DNA of 64,000 nt. Origin: Escherichia coli (GTDB lineage: Bacteria > Pseudomonadota > Gammaproteobacteria > Enterobacterales > Enterobacteriaceae). A model generated the notes under the pieces. That model ran no database searches. It worked only from the letters and a program-made list of their open reading frames with translations, and was not told the origin of the DNA. Shown here one piece after another: positions 47,888 to 57,266 of the stretch. Position 1 is the stretch's first letter. The number at the start of each line of letters is the position of its first letter. The DNA lies in the NCBI RefSeq assembly GCF_009931435.1, contig NZ_CP043414.1; one strand, 5' to 3'. The position numbers were made by a program, and so were the translations under genes.

Positions 47888-49258
47888 ATGGCTCGTTCTT
47901 TTAAAGTCTTATCGCCAACGGCAATCCTCGGGTATGGATTCCCGGAAGAGAGCTTCCGCAAAGCGATGGCAGAATCGCCCGATCTGATCGCCGTTGATGC
48001 AGGCTCTTCCGATCCTGGCCCCCACTACCTCGGGGCGGGCAAACCGTTTACCGATCGCGCAGGGGTCAAGCGCGATCTGCGCTATATGATCACCGCAGGC
48101 GTGCAAAATAATATACCGGTGGTGATCGGAACGGCCGGCGGTTCTGGTGCCGCTCCACACCTGGAGTGGTGCCGAGAAATAATTCATGAGATTGCCCGGG
48201 AAGAGCACCTCGCGTTCTCGATGGCGCTGATCCCGGCAGACGTTGACAAAGCCATCGTCCACCAGGCGCTGGATAACGGCAAAATCACAGCGCTGGATTT
48301 TGTCCCGCCGTTAACCCACGACGCGATTGACGAAAGTACGTATATCGTCGCGCAAATGGGCATCGAACCCTTCCAGCAGGCGCTGAAAGAAGGCGCGCAA
48401 GTGGTGCTGGGCGGGCGCGCTTACGACCCGGCCTGCTTTGCTGCGCTACCGATCATGCAAGGCTTTGATGAAGGTCTGGCGCTGCATTGTGGGAAAATCC
48501 TTGAATGCGCGGCAATCGCCGCAACGCCCGGCTCAGGCTCTGACTGTGCGATGGGCATCATTGATGACAACGGCTTTACGCTGAAGACATTTAATCCGAA
48601 GCGTAAATTTACCGAAACGTCAGCGGCTGCACACACACTGTATGAGAAATCCGATCCCTACTTCCTGCCAGGACCTGGCGGCGTGTTGAACCTGAAAGGC
48701 TGCACATTTAAAGCGGTCAATGACGGCGAAGTGTACGTCAGCGGTTCTAAGCATGAAGAAACGCCGTATGCCCTGAAACTGGAAGGTGCGCGGCGGGTGG
48801 GCTTCCGCTGTCTGACCATCGCAGGAACGCGCGACCCGATCATGATCGCCGGGATCGATAAAATCATCGATGAAGTCAAAACCAGCGTTTCGCGTAACCT
48901 GTCGCTCGACGATGACAGCATTCGCATCAATTTCCACCTGTACGGCAAAAACGGGGTGATGGGCGACCATGAACCGATGCAAACTGCCGGGCATGAGCTG
49001 GGGATTGTCCTTGATGTAGTTGCACCGACCCAGGATATTGCCAATAGCGTTTGCTCGCTGGTGCGCTCTACCATGCTGCACTACGGCTATGAAAACCGCA
49101 TCGCTACCGCAGGCAACCTGGCGTTCCCGTTCTCCCCTTCTGATATCCAGGGCGGGCCGGTATACGAATTTTCCATATATCACCTGATTGAAGCCAACGA
49201 CGCTCTGCGTTTTGATTTCCATATTGAACAGGTGACGCCAGAAGGAGTTCAGGCATGA
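47888..49258 (+). CDS. conserved protein of unknown function, tentatively DUF1446 / AtuA-like
   Basis: 456 aa ORF 3 nt after the lyase gene; family assignment from memory of an LIAVDAGSSDPGP-type N-terminal pattern. Confidence 0.7.
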   Translation: MARSFKVLSPTAILGYGFPEESFRKAMAESPDLIAVDAGSSDPGPHYLGAGKPFTDRAGVKRDLRYMITAGVQNNIPVVIGTAGGSGAAPHLEWCREIIHEIAREEHLAFSMALIPADVDKAIVHQALDNGKITALDFVPPLTHDAIDESTYIVAQMGIEPFQQALKEGAQVVLGGRAYDPACFAALPIMQGFDEGLALHCGKILECAAIAATPGSGSDCAMGIIDDNGFTLKTFNPKRKFTETSAAAHTLYEKSDPYFLPGPGGVLNLKGCTFKAVNDGEVYVSGSKHEETPYALKLEGARRVGFRCLTIAGTRDPIMIAGIDKIIDEVKTSVSRNLSLDDDSIRINFHLYGKNGVMGDHEPMQTAGHELGIVLDVVAPTQDIANSVCSLVRSTMLHYGYENRIATAGNLAFPFSPSDIQGGPVYEFSIYHLIEANDALRFDFHIEQVTPEGVQA

Positions 49259-49572
49259 AACAGTCAATTGTCTCACTGGCGCAAGTCATTCGTTCGAAAA
49301 ATGCCGGACCTTACGAACTGGTTTTAGATATTTTATTTAAAACGAAAGAAAACTATGAGCGAGTAAAATCATCAGGGCAATTAACCCCAGAACTGATTGC
49401 GCGCTTATATCATGTTGAACCTGACTTTATTCATCGTATTGTCTGGTTTGATCCTTCTAACGCAGTAAAAATTGTCATGCCACGAGATATTATCTCCGGG
49501 AATGTAGGTGACAATGATGTCTATGGCGCACAGCAACATGCACCTTTATTAAATATGAGTTTCGATTTGTAA
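49255..49572 (+). CDS. small conserved protein, tentatively DUF4387-like partner
   Basis: 105 aa ORF overlapping the preceding gene by 4 nt (ATGA coupling). Confidence 0.7.
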   Translation: MKQSIVSLAQVIRSKNAGPYELVLDILFKTKENYERVKSSGQLTPELIARLYHVEPDFIHRIVWFDPSNAVKIVMPRDIISGNVGDNDVYGAQQHAPLLNMSFDL

Positions 49573-49658
49573 AAATCCGAACACTTTTAGCCAACTGACA
49601 TCCCGTCACTTATTGCAGCTCAACACTTCAGCTATTTGTAAGGTTGTTATAGCAGGTA

Positions 49659-49684
49659 GATGCCTGAATCTCTATTCAGGCATC
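49659..49684 (+). other. intra-operon stem-loop (possible attenuator or processing site)
   Basis: 10-bp stem gatgcctgaa / ttcaggcatc with 6-nt loop; no clean U-tract. Confidence 0.3.
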
Positions 49685-49732
49685 CACTTCTCCTGATTCT
49701 GATTTATCGCCGTGCACCTGATGGAGGAAAAA

Positions 49733-51013
49733 ATGAAGAAAATAAGTTTAACCACGATGATTCTTTTGGCGCTGGTACTTGGAATGATTATCGGCGTAGT
49801 GCTCAATAACACTGCTTCACCGGAAACAGCAAAACTCTATGCGCAAGAAATATCGATATTCACGACGATTTTCTTACGACTGATAAAAATGATTATCGCT
49901 CCGTTAGTGGTCTCTACCCTGGTGGTAGGTATTGCTAAAATGGGCGATGCCAAAGCCCTTGGTCGTATTTTTTCTAAAACACTCTTTTTATTTATTTGCG
50001 CCTCATTGCTGTCAATTGCCTTAGGCTTGATAACGGTAAATTTCTTCATGCCAGGCACAGGAATTAATTTTGTTGCACACGGTGCCGAAACCACCGGAGT
50101 GGTCGCGTCAGAACCCTTTACACTAAAAGTATTTATTTCGCATGCTTTCCCCACCAGCATTGTCGATGCCATGGCGCACAATGAAATTTTGCAAATCGTG
50201 GTGTTCTCAATTTTCCTCGGCTGTAGCCTGACGGCGATTGGTGAGAAAGGCAGCGCCATCGTTCACGCCTTAGATTCGCTGGCACATGCCATGTTAAAGC
50301 TCACTGGCTACGTCATGCTCTTCGCTCCCCTGACCGTATTCGCCGCTATTTCAGCATTGATTGCTGAACGAGGACTGGCAGTTATGGTGAGCGCCGGGAT
50401 CTTTATGGGTGAATTTTATTTCACCATGTTATTACTTTGGGTGCTGCTTATCGGTCTGGCCATCGTTTATGTCGGCCCCTGCATCAGACGCCTGACCCGC
50501 GCCCTTTCAGAACCCGCCCTGCTGGCATTTACCACATCCAGTTCTGAAGCTGCTTTTCCGGGAACGCTTGAAAAACTGGAGCAATTTGGCGTTTCCCCCA
50601 AAATTGCCAGCTTTGTCTTACCCATTGGCTACTCATTTAATCTCGTTGGATCAATGGCCTACTGCTCCTTCGCCACAGTTTTCATCGCCCAGGCCTGCAA
50701 TATCCATTTATCCATCGGTGAGCAAATCACCATGCTGTTGATCCTGATGTTGACCTCGAAAGGAATGGCTGGCGTACCACGCGCCTCAATGGTGGTTATC
50801 GCCGCCACGCTCAACCAGTTCAATATTCCGGAAGCGGGGCTGATCTTGCTGATGGGCGTTGATCCGTTCCTTGATATGGGGCGTTCCGCGACAAACGTCA
50901 TGAGCAACGCAATGGGCGCTGCGATGGTGAGTCGGTGGGAAGGCGAACATTTCGGCGAGGGCTGTCGGGGTAAAGCATTAAAACCCAATGAATCGAACGT
51001 TGCTCTGCCCTGA
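49733..51013 (+). CDS. dicarboxylate/amino acid:cation symporter (DAACS, GltP/DctA family)
   Basis: ORF 49712-51013; start placed at ATG 49733 after GGAGG; polytopic membrane protein. Confidence 0.85.
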   Translation: MKKISLTTMILLALVLGMIIGVVLNNTASPETAKLYAQEISIFTTIFLRLIKMIIAPLVVSTLVVGIAKMGDAKALGRIFSKTLFLFICASLLSIALGLITVNFFMPGTGINFVAHGAETTGVVASEPFTLKVFISHAFPTSIVDAMAHNEILQIVVFSIFLGCSLTAIGEKGSAIVHALDSLAHAMLKLTGYVMLFAPLTVFAAISALIAERGLAVMVSAGIFMGEFYFTMLLLWVLLIGLAIVYVGPCIRRLTRALSEPALLAFTTSSSEAAFPGTLEKLEQFGVSPKIASFVLPIGYSFNLVGSMAYCSFATVFIAQACNIHLSIGEQITMLLILMLTSKGMAGVPRASMVVIAATLNQFNIPEAGLILLMGVDPFLDMGRSATNVMSNAMGAAMVSRWEGEHFGEGCRGKALKPNESNVALP

Positions 51014-51120
51014 GGGGGATCTTAAGCAATCAGAAGCCAATGACTACGCATTTTTATAAGCCGGATCATGAAGTTAGACGGCAATTAAGTAACACTAACG
51101 TTTAAGGTGAAAAGTGAAAT

Positions 51121-52773
51121 ATGTCCAAACCATTTATCTGGCAAGAACCGTTTCTACAAAATAAAGACGGTACAGAATATACATTAATTAGCGATCAACA
51201 TATTACAGTAACGGAATTAGACGGCGAAGAAGTAATAAAAATCGCTCCTGAAGCATTAACGCTGCTTGCCCGGCAGGCATTTTATGAAGCCTCTTTTTTC
51301 TTACGTTCCGCTCATTTGCAACAGGTCGCCAGCATTCTTAACGATCCGCAGGCCAGCAGTAATGATAAATACGTTGCGTTGCAGTTATTACGTAATGCTG
51401 AAGTCTCAGCAAAAGGGGTATTACCCAACTGTCAGGATACCGGCACCGCAACTATTGTTGCCAGTAAAGGGCAACAGATATGGACGGGAGGTAACGACGC
51501 TGAAGCCTTAAGCAAAGGCATTTACAGTACTTTCCAGGAAAATAATCTGCGCTTTTCACAAAATGCGCCGCTGGATATGTATACCGAAGTCAATACGCAA
51601 ACCAATCTTCCGGCGCAGATTGATATCAGCGCTGTCGCTGGTAATGAGTACCATTTTCTCTGTGTTAATAAAGGGGGCGGCTCCGCCAATAAAGCCGCAC
51701 TTTATCAGGAAACCAAATCCTTATTGCAACCAGAAAAACTGACCGCATTTTTAATCGACAAAATGAAATCGTTGGGCACGGCCGCCTGCCCGCCCTACCA
51801 CATCGCCTTTGTCGTCGGAGGGCTTTCAGCCGATCAAACCTTAAAAGTTGCCAAGCTGGCCTCTACGAAATATTACGACAATTTGCCCACCAGCGGAAAC
51901 GAGCAGGGACAAGCATTCCGTGATATTGAGCTGGAAAAAGCGTTGCTCGAGGCCAGTCAGCAATTTGGTATTGGTGCGCAATTTGGGGGTAAATATTTCG
52001 CTCATGATATTCGCGTCATTCGTCTGCCGCGTCACGGTGGCTCTTGCCCGATAGCTATGGCGCTCTCCTGTTCTGCCGATCGCAATATCAAAGCAAAAAT
52101 TAACAAGCATGGTATCTGGCTGGAAAAACTCGAACACAATCCGGGGCAATATATTCCAGCCTCACTGCGGGAAGAAAATCACGCGCAACATGTACAGCTG
52201 GATCTAAACCGTCCGTTGCGTGACGTGATGCAGGATCTCGCCAGATTACCGGTAGGTACCCGCGTGTCGTTAAGTGGTCCCATCGTAGTGGCGCGCGATA
52301 TCGCCCACGCAAAAATAAAAGCGCGGCTGGATAGCGGCGAATCGATGCCGGATTACCTGAAGCATCATATTGTCTATTACGCTGGCCCGGCGAAAACACC
52401 GGAGAACATGGCCTGCGGTTCACTGGGTCCAACCACGGGCGGTCGAATGGACGGTTATGTCGAAACCTTCCAGGCGGCTGGCGGCAGTCTGGTAATGTTA
52501 TCGAAAGGTAACCGCAGCCAGCAGGTCACCGATGCCTGTCACAAACATGCAGGCTTCAATCTGGGAAGTATTGGCGGTGCAGCTGCGTTACTGGCGCAAG
52601 AATATGTCAAAAGTCTGCGTTGCCTGGAATACCCGGAGCTGGGTATGGAGGCGGTGTGGATGATGGAAGTGGAAAATCTGCCCGCATTCATCCTGGTTGA
52701 TGATAAAGGCAATAATTTCTTTAGCCAGTTTGAGCAGCAACACCGCTGCGCCAGTTGCCCTGCGGGACATTAA
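51121..52773 (+). CDS. fumD: class I (Fe-S) fumarate hydratase family protein, mesaconase candidate
   Basis: 550 aa ORF, FumA/FumB length and fold; symbol from memory of the O157:H7 cluster. Confidence 0.8.
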   Translation: MSKPFIWQEPFLQNKDGTEYTLISDQHITVTELDGEEVIKIAPEALTLLARQAFYEASFFLRSAHLQQVASILNDPQASSNDKYVALQLLRNAEVSAKGVLPNCQDTGTATIVASKGQQIWTGGNDAEALSKGIYSTFQENNLRFSQNAPLDMYTEVNTQTNLPAQIDISAVAGNEYHFLCVNKGGGSANKAALYQETKSLLQPEKLTAFLIDKMKSLGTAACPPYHIAFVVGGLSADQTLKVAKLASTKYYDNLPTSGNEQGQAFRDIELEKALLEASQQFGIGAQFGGKYFAHDIRVIRLPRHGGSCPIAMALSCSADRNIKAKINKHGIWLEKLEHNPGQYIPASLREENHAQHVQLDLNRPLRDVMQDLARLPVGTRVSLSGPIVVARDIAHAKIKARLDSGESMPDYLKHHIVYYAGPAKTPENMACGSLGPTTGGRMDGYVETFQAAGGSLVMLSKGNRSQQVTDACHKHAGFNLGSIGGAAALLAQEYVKSLRCLEYPELGMEAVWMMEVENLPAFILVDDKGNNFFSQFEQQHRCASCPAGH

Positions 52774-52782
52774 GGAAAATGA

Positions 52783-53385
52783 ATGGAAGCGCGAATTTCA
52801 ACTGAACGGCATGTGCAGCGCCAACAGAAATTGAAGGAACAGGTCGATACGCGCGTCGCGGCGGCGATAGAGAAAAAAGGGATCTTGATTGTTTTCACCG
52901 GCAACGGCAAAGGGAAATCCACTGCCGCGTTTGGTACTGTGACGCGCGCGGTGGGTCATGGCAAAACGGTGGGGGTTGCGCAGTACATCAAGGGGCAATG
53001 GGACAACGGCGAATACAACCTTCTCCAGCCGCTGGGGGTTGAGTTTCATATTATGGGAACCGGTTTTACCTGGGAGACTCAGAACCGGCAAGCGGATATC
53101 GACGCGGCGAAAGAGGTCTGGTCGGAAAGCAAACGGATGCTGGCTGACAAGCGTTACGACTTAGTGGTGCTTGATGAGCTGACCTATATGCTGGCTTACC
53201 ATTATCTGGACACCGAAGAAGTGATCACTTCTCTGCAAAACCGCCCGGCACAACAAAGTGTCATTGTCACCGGACGCAGTTGCCACAGTCAGATATTAAA
53301 AATGGCGGATACGGTCAGCGAAATCCGCCCCGTCAAACATGCTTTTGATAACGGCATTCAGGCGCAGCCGGGTATCGACTGGTAA
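52783..53385 (+). CDS. cob(I)alamin adenosyltransferase, CobA/BtuR family paralog
   Basis: 200 aa ORF with P-loop IVFTGNGKGKSTAAFG; close to remembered K-12 BtuR. Confidence 0.85.
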   Translation: MEARISTERHVQRQQKLKEQVDTRVAAAIEKKGILIVFTGNGKGKSTAAFGTVTRAVGHGKTVGVAQYIKGQWDNGEYNLLQPLGVEFHIMGTGFTWETQNRQADIDAAKEVWSESKRMLADKRYDLVVLDELTYMLAYHYLDTEEVITSLQNRPAQQSVIVTGRSCHSQILKMADTVSEIRPVKHAFDNGIQAQPGIDW

Positions 53386-53418
53386 TAACTGCGCCTGGCA
53401 TCCAGCCAGGCGCAGGTT

Positions 53419-54324
53419 TTACATCTCCTGCGGTACGACCGATTTCGCCAGCAACCATTCACGAAATTGCTGCAAGTGCGGCGAGTCAGACTTCTCTTCC
53501 TGCCACGTCATAATAAAACGATTACCGGTACGAATAGGCACATCACAGGGAATCACCATATCGCCACTATCCAAATCATGTTGAATAGCGAACCGTGGTA
53601 ACAGCGCCACGCCGAGATTAGAGCGCACGGCGGCAATCAGCATTGAAAGCAAATCGAAACGTGGTCCGTTATTGACCAGCGGACTGCTAACGCCAGATAA
53701 AGCAAACCACTCTTCCCAGCCAGTAATACGGGTGCTTTGATGCAGAAGTGGTAACTCAGTAAGCAGTTCTGCCACTGACAGTTTTTGATCGGACATTGCA
53801 AGCAAACTGCCGCTGCATACCGGCAAAATCTCCTCTTCAAAGAGATATTCTACTTCCGCCCAGGGCGCGCAAAAATTTTCGCGCATAATGACAGCATCGT
53901 ACTCCCGATTAAGAAAATCGCCGTTATTAGCTAAAGAATGAATATTAACAATAATATCGGGATGTAACTTTGTGAATTCATGTAAATTTGGGATTAACCA
54001 GTGGGTACTAAACGTAGGATTAACGGCAAGTTCAATAACCTGAACCGTAGGCTGCCAGGTCATAATCGTATTGGTATCGCGCTCCAATTTATTTAATGTT
54101 TCTTTTACTATCCCCAGGTAATACTTCCCTGCATCATTAAGAAAAATGCGTTTTTTAGAGTGTGAAAATAACGGAGTATGTAAAAATTCCTCCAACGCAC
54201 TTACTTGTCTGAATACTGCACTTTGGGTTAACGCTAACTCCTCTGCCGCTCTGGTATAACTTTCATGACGTGCGACGACCTCAAAAGTCACCAGCAGCTC
54301 CGTTTTAGGTATTTTTCCTCGCAT
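53419..54324 (-). CDS. LysR-family transcriptional regulator
   Basis: 301 aa ORF, N-terminal HTH (ESYTRAAEELALTQSAVFRQVSALEEFL). Confidence 0.85.
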   Translation of the reverse strand: MRGKIPKTELLVTFEVVARHESYTRAAEELALTQSAVFRQVSALEEFLHTPLFSHSKKRIFLNDAGKYYLGIVKETLNKLERDTNTIMTWQPTVQVIELAVNPTFSTHWLIPNLHEFTKLHPDIIVNIHSLANNGDFLNREYDAVIMRENFCAPWAEVEYLFEEEILPVCSGSLLAMSDQKLSVAELLTELPLLHQSTRITGWEEWFALSGVSSPLVNNGPRFDLLSMLIAAVRSNLGVALLPRFAIQHDLDSGDMVIPCDVPIRTGNRFIMTWQEEKSDSPHLQQFREWLLAKSVVPQEM

Positions 54325-54480
54325 AATGCCGTCCCTTAAAAATAGTTTAAACCATCAAAAATACATTACTTATTACGAAGTAATGGTAACCAAAGCAGCA
54401 ATAAATAATTTATAAGAATCATGATTAACATTTATAACCCAGTAAGCCTGGCGTGACAATTATCTTAATCAGATAATAAT

Positions 54481-54509
54481 AATCCGAAAAGCACAGCACC
54501 TTTCGGATT
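54481..54509 (-). terminator. hairpin downstream of the HAL-like gene (weak terminator candidate)
   Basis: Stem atccgaaa / tttcggat with 11-nt loop, followed on the minus strand by ATTATTATTAT. Confidence 0.35.
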
Positions 54510-54594
54510 ATCAGGAATTACATTAAGTGAAAATTATTAAATTGATATCATTTATCATATCTGTGGATATAATGATAAACAATCAACATAGATT

Positions 54595-56265
54595 TTATTT
54601 TTGATTTATAGCATATCCCTCTAAGAATTTTTGCGATGCTTCAATATCCGGGGTAAAGACCCGATCCTGACTGACAAATGGCACGACTTGACGATAAGCG
54701 GTGAACATCGCTTTTGTTGATTTGCCTAACGCCAGCTGTGGATCGGCTTGCAAGCGCAAATCAATCGCCTGGGCAGAATGCATCAGTTCAATGCCATAAA
54801 TGACATTCAAATTATCAACAACCTGTTTCAATCTTCTCGCCGCGTGGTCGTTATTGGCACCCGTATCTTCAATGCCTCCGGCTACCGGTTGAATATCGAA
54901 AGAAACCGGGTTAGCGAGATCGACATTTTCCGCATGCAGCGCAACAAACGGGATATGTAATGAACCGAAGCCATGACCTTTATTACCTGCTGCCGACAGG
55001 AAGCGTGACAAACCGGTAAAGTGATCATCTTCAAGATGCAGCGAGCGGCGCATACTGTTATGTGAAACATGCACTAACGCCACGGTCAGACGCTGGGTGG
55101 CAAGCGCAACCGGTAACGATTCGAAATTCGCCGTCGGGAAGATCCCACCGCTGATTGCCCCATCTTTAACAAAATATTGCGCGACCTGACTGGAGTCCTG
55201 ATACGCTTTGTCTGCATTCAGCACGGTTGCCGGGTTGTCATCGGAACTGTTGATCTGCACGGTAATGGTATCTTCAGCATCGCGCAACGCGCGCATTGCC
55301 TCAGAAATGGTATACACCGTCGTTCTGAACGATAACGGATCCTGCAATGCACGTTTGTCATCCTTATGCCATAAATAAGAACCACTTAACGCATCGCGAA
55401 TCTCTTTAGCGGAATCAGCCAACTGCGGGAAAGGACGCACGGCGATCGACTGCGGCAGTACCGGCGCGACATTGCCATTCAACGCTTCGAGGCTCATGGC
55501 GAAAACCACCGGACTGACATTCAGCACCTGGCGTGCCGACCGTACCGCTTCAATTGCATATGCTGTTCCGACACTGTTGTTCGACAAAATCGCCAGCATA
55601 TCTTTACCCTGCGGGACCAGTGGTTTAAGCCCCACTTTCACCAGCGCATCGCCACCACTCATTTCCACGCCATTAACCCGCGCTTTCCACTCGCCCATCA
55701 TCACCAGACCAACGTGTGAAGCGAGCATAATATCCGCTGCGCCGATACTTCCCCGCGCCGGAATTAACGGCGTAACGCCTCGATTAATAAACTCGGCATA
55801 CAACTCGGCAATATAAGGCTGCGCGCCGGTTTGCCCATGCAACATAGTATTTAAACGTAACACCATTGAGAGACGGGCAAGATAATCCGGCAACATCGGA
55901 CCGACGCCCGCAGAATGGGCGCGCAGCGCGGCAGCATTAAATTTTTTCGATGCGTCAATCACCTCAGGCGTTAAATTTCCTTTGGCATCAAATATGGGCT
56001 GATCTTTATTTAGCCCCACGCCCACGGTTAAGCCATAAACAGGCGTACCTGAATGCGCGGCAGTCATCACCAGATCATAACTTTTTTCCATGCGCTCCAT
56101 GGCGTTCGACGCGATTTTGACGCCGTTATCACCTAATGCAATTGACCAGGCCTGGTCAATAGAGAGATGTTCGCCATCCAGCGTAATGGTTGATTTTGCC
56201 ATCGCGATGGAGCAAACGCTCCAGAGCACAACGGTGACAGTGACTCTGCGTATCAATCCTTTCAT
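54595..56265 (-). CDS. aromatic amino acid lyase (HAL/PAL) fold protein lacking the MIO triad, signal-peptide-like N-terminus
   Basis: 556 aa ORF; conserved GSVGASGDLAPLAH block reads GSIGAADIMLASH (codons checked at 55729-55752); N-terminus MKGLIRRVTVTVVLWSVCSIAMA; AAGGA 6 nt upstream of ATG 56265. Confidence 0.8.
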   Translation of the reverse strand: MKGLIRRVTVTVVLWSVCSIAMAKSTITLDGEHLSIDQAWSIALGDNGVKIASNAMERMEKSYDLVMTAAHSGTPVYGLTVGVGLNKDQPIFDAKGNLTPEVIDASKKFNAAALRAHSAGVGPMLPDYLARLSMVLRLNTMLHGQTGAQPYIAELYAEFINRGVTPLIPARGSIGAADIMLASHVGLVMMGEWKARVNGVEMSGGDALVKVGLKPLVPQGKDMLAILSNNSVGTAYAIEAVRSARQVLNVSPVVFAMSLEALNGNVAPVLPQSIAVRPFPQLADSAKEIRDALSGSYLWHKDDKRALQDPLSFRTTVYTISEAMRALRDAEDTITVQINSSDDNPATVLNADKAYQDSSQVAQYFVKDGAISGGIFPTANFESLPVALATQRLTVALVHVSHNSMRRSLHLEDDHFTGLSRFLSAAGNKGHGFGSLHIPFVALHAENVDLANPVSFDIQPVAGGIEDTGANNDHAARRLKQVVDNLNVIYGIELMHSAQAIDLRLQADPQLALGKSTKAMFTAYRQVVPFVSQDRVFTPDIEASQKFLEGYAINQK

Positions 56266-56315
56266 TGTGTTTCCTTATTTTGATGAGTTTAACAACGGAT
56301 TACTGCAACAACCTC

Positions 56316-57266
56316 TTAATTTGTTTTATCTGTTTTTCCTCGACGGACAATAGTGGCAGCCAGGCGAGCGGCAACCTTCGCGGTCAAATTATCGCGGTCC
56401 AAATCTGGGTTCAGTTCGGCAATATCCGCAGCAATCAACTTCTCGCTACCGGCAATTAAATTCACAATAGCCTCAGCAATATTTAATGGCACGCCTAACG
56501 GCGAAGGCGCAGAAACGCCAGGAGCCTGATAACCCGGTAAGACATCAAGACAAATCGTTAAATAAATGGCGTCACACGCCTGAATATCTGCCGAGAGCGC
56601 ATTAACAATCTCATGCAAACCACGTTCAAATTGCAGAGATTCATCCAGCCAATAACGCACACCAGGACAATCAGCACGATCAAATAACGCCTGAGTGTTG
56701 GCATAACGGCTTATTCCCAGCACGCGATAATGAAACGGTTTGCCATGCTGCGCATTCCACTCCTGCATCTGCCGAAACGGCGTACCCGAATTGGCCTTTT
56801 CCGCCATCCGCAAATCAAAATGCGCGTCAAGGTTGACTATCAGCAGTCGCCGAATATCCGGACGCGACTGCATAATCCCCTGAAATGTTCCCCATGCCAC
56901 TTCATGACCGCCGCCCAGAACGACCGGCAAACTGCCGCGCGCAATTGCCATAGCCACGTTTTCCGCCAGACGGTTTTGTGCGGGTTCCAGCGCGTGGTCT
57001 TCGCTTTGCACGTCACCCATGTCAAAAATAGCGCCTTCATGGAGCACTGGCATATTGCCCAACATGCTGCGTAATGCGCCCGGTCCGCCTGCTGCGCCCG
57101 CTCGCCCACCGTTACGTTGCACCCCGTCATCGACGGCAAAACCAATCAGCGTACTGCCTCCATGACTTTGTTCGGTAAACGGTTTTACATGCTGATGCCA
57201 GCGGGTGCTGACGCCAGTTTCCTGCGAGTCAACACGTCCACTCCATGCCATAAATGTTTGCTTCAT
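56316..57266 (-). CDS. hutG: formimidoylglutamase
   Basis: ORF 56316-57305; start placed at ATG 57264-57266 overlapping hutI stop (TAATG); arginase-fold motifs GGGHE and DAHFD. Confidence 0.85.
   Translation of the reverse strand: MKQTFMAWSGRVDSQETGVSTRWHQHVKPFTEQSHGGSTLIGFAVDDGVQRNGGRAGAAGGPGALRSMLGNMPVLHEGAIFDMGDVQSEDHALEPAQNRLAENVAMAIARGSLPVVLGGGHEVAWGTFQGIMQSRPDIRRLLIVNLDAHFDLRMAEKANSGTPFRQMQEWNAQHGKPFHYRVLGISRYANTQALFDRADCPGVRYWLDESLQFERGLHEIVNALSADIQACDAIYLTICLDVLPGYQAPGVSAPSPLGVPLNIAEAIVNLIAGSEKLIAADIAELNPDLDRDNLTAKVAARLAATIVRRGKTDKTN

Noticed and set aside
48620-49276. 218 aa minus-strand ORF
   Set aside because: Antisense to the 456 aa operon gene, which is translationally coupled to its neighbours.
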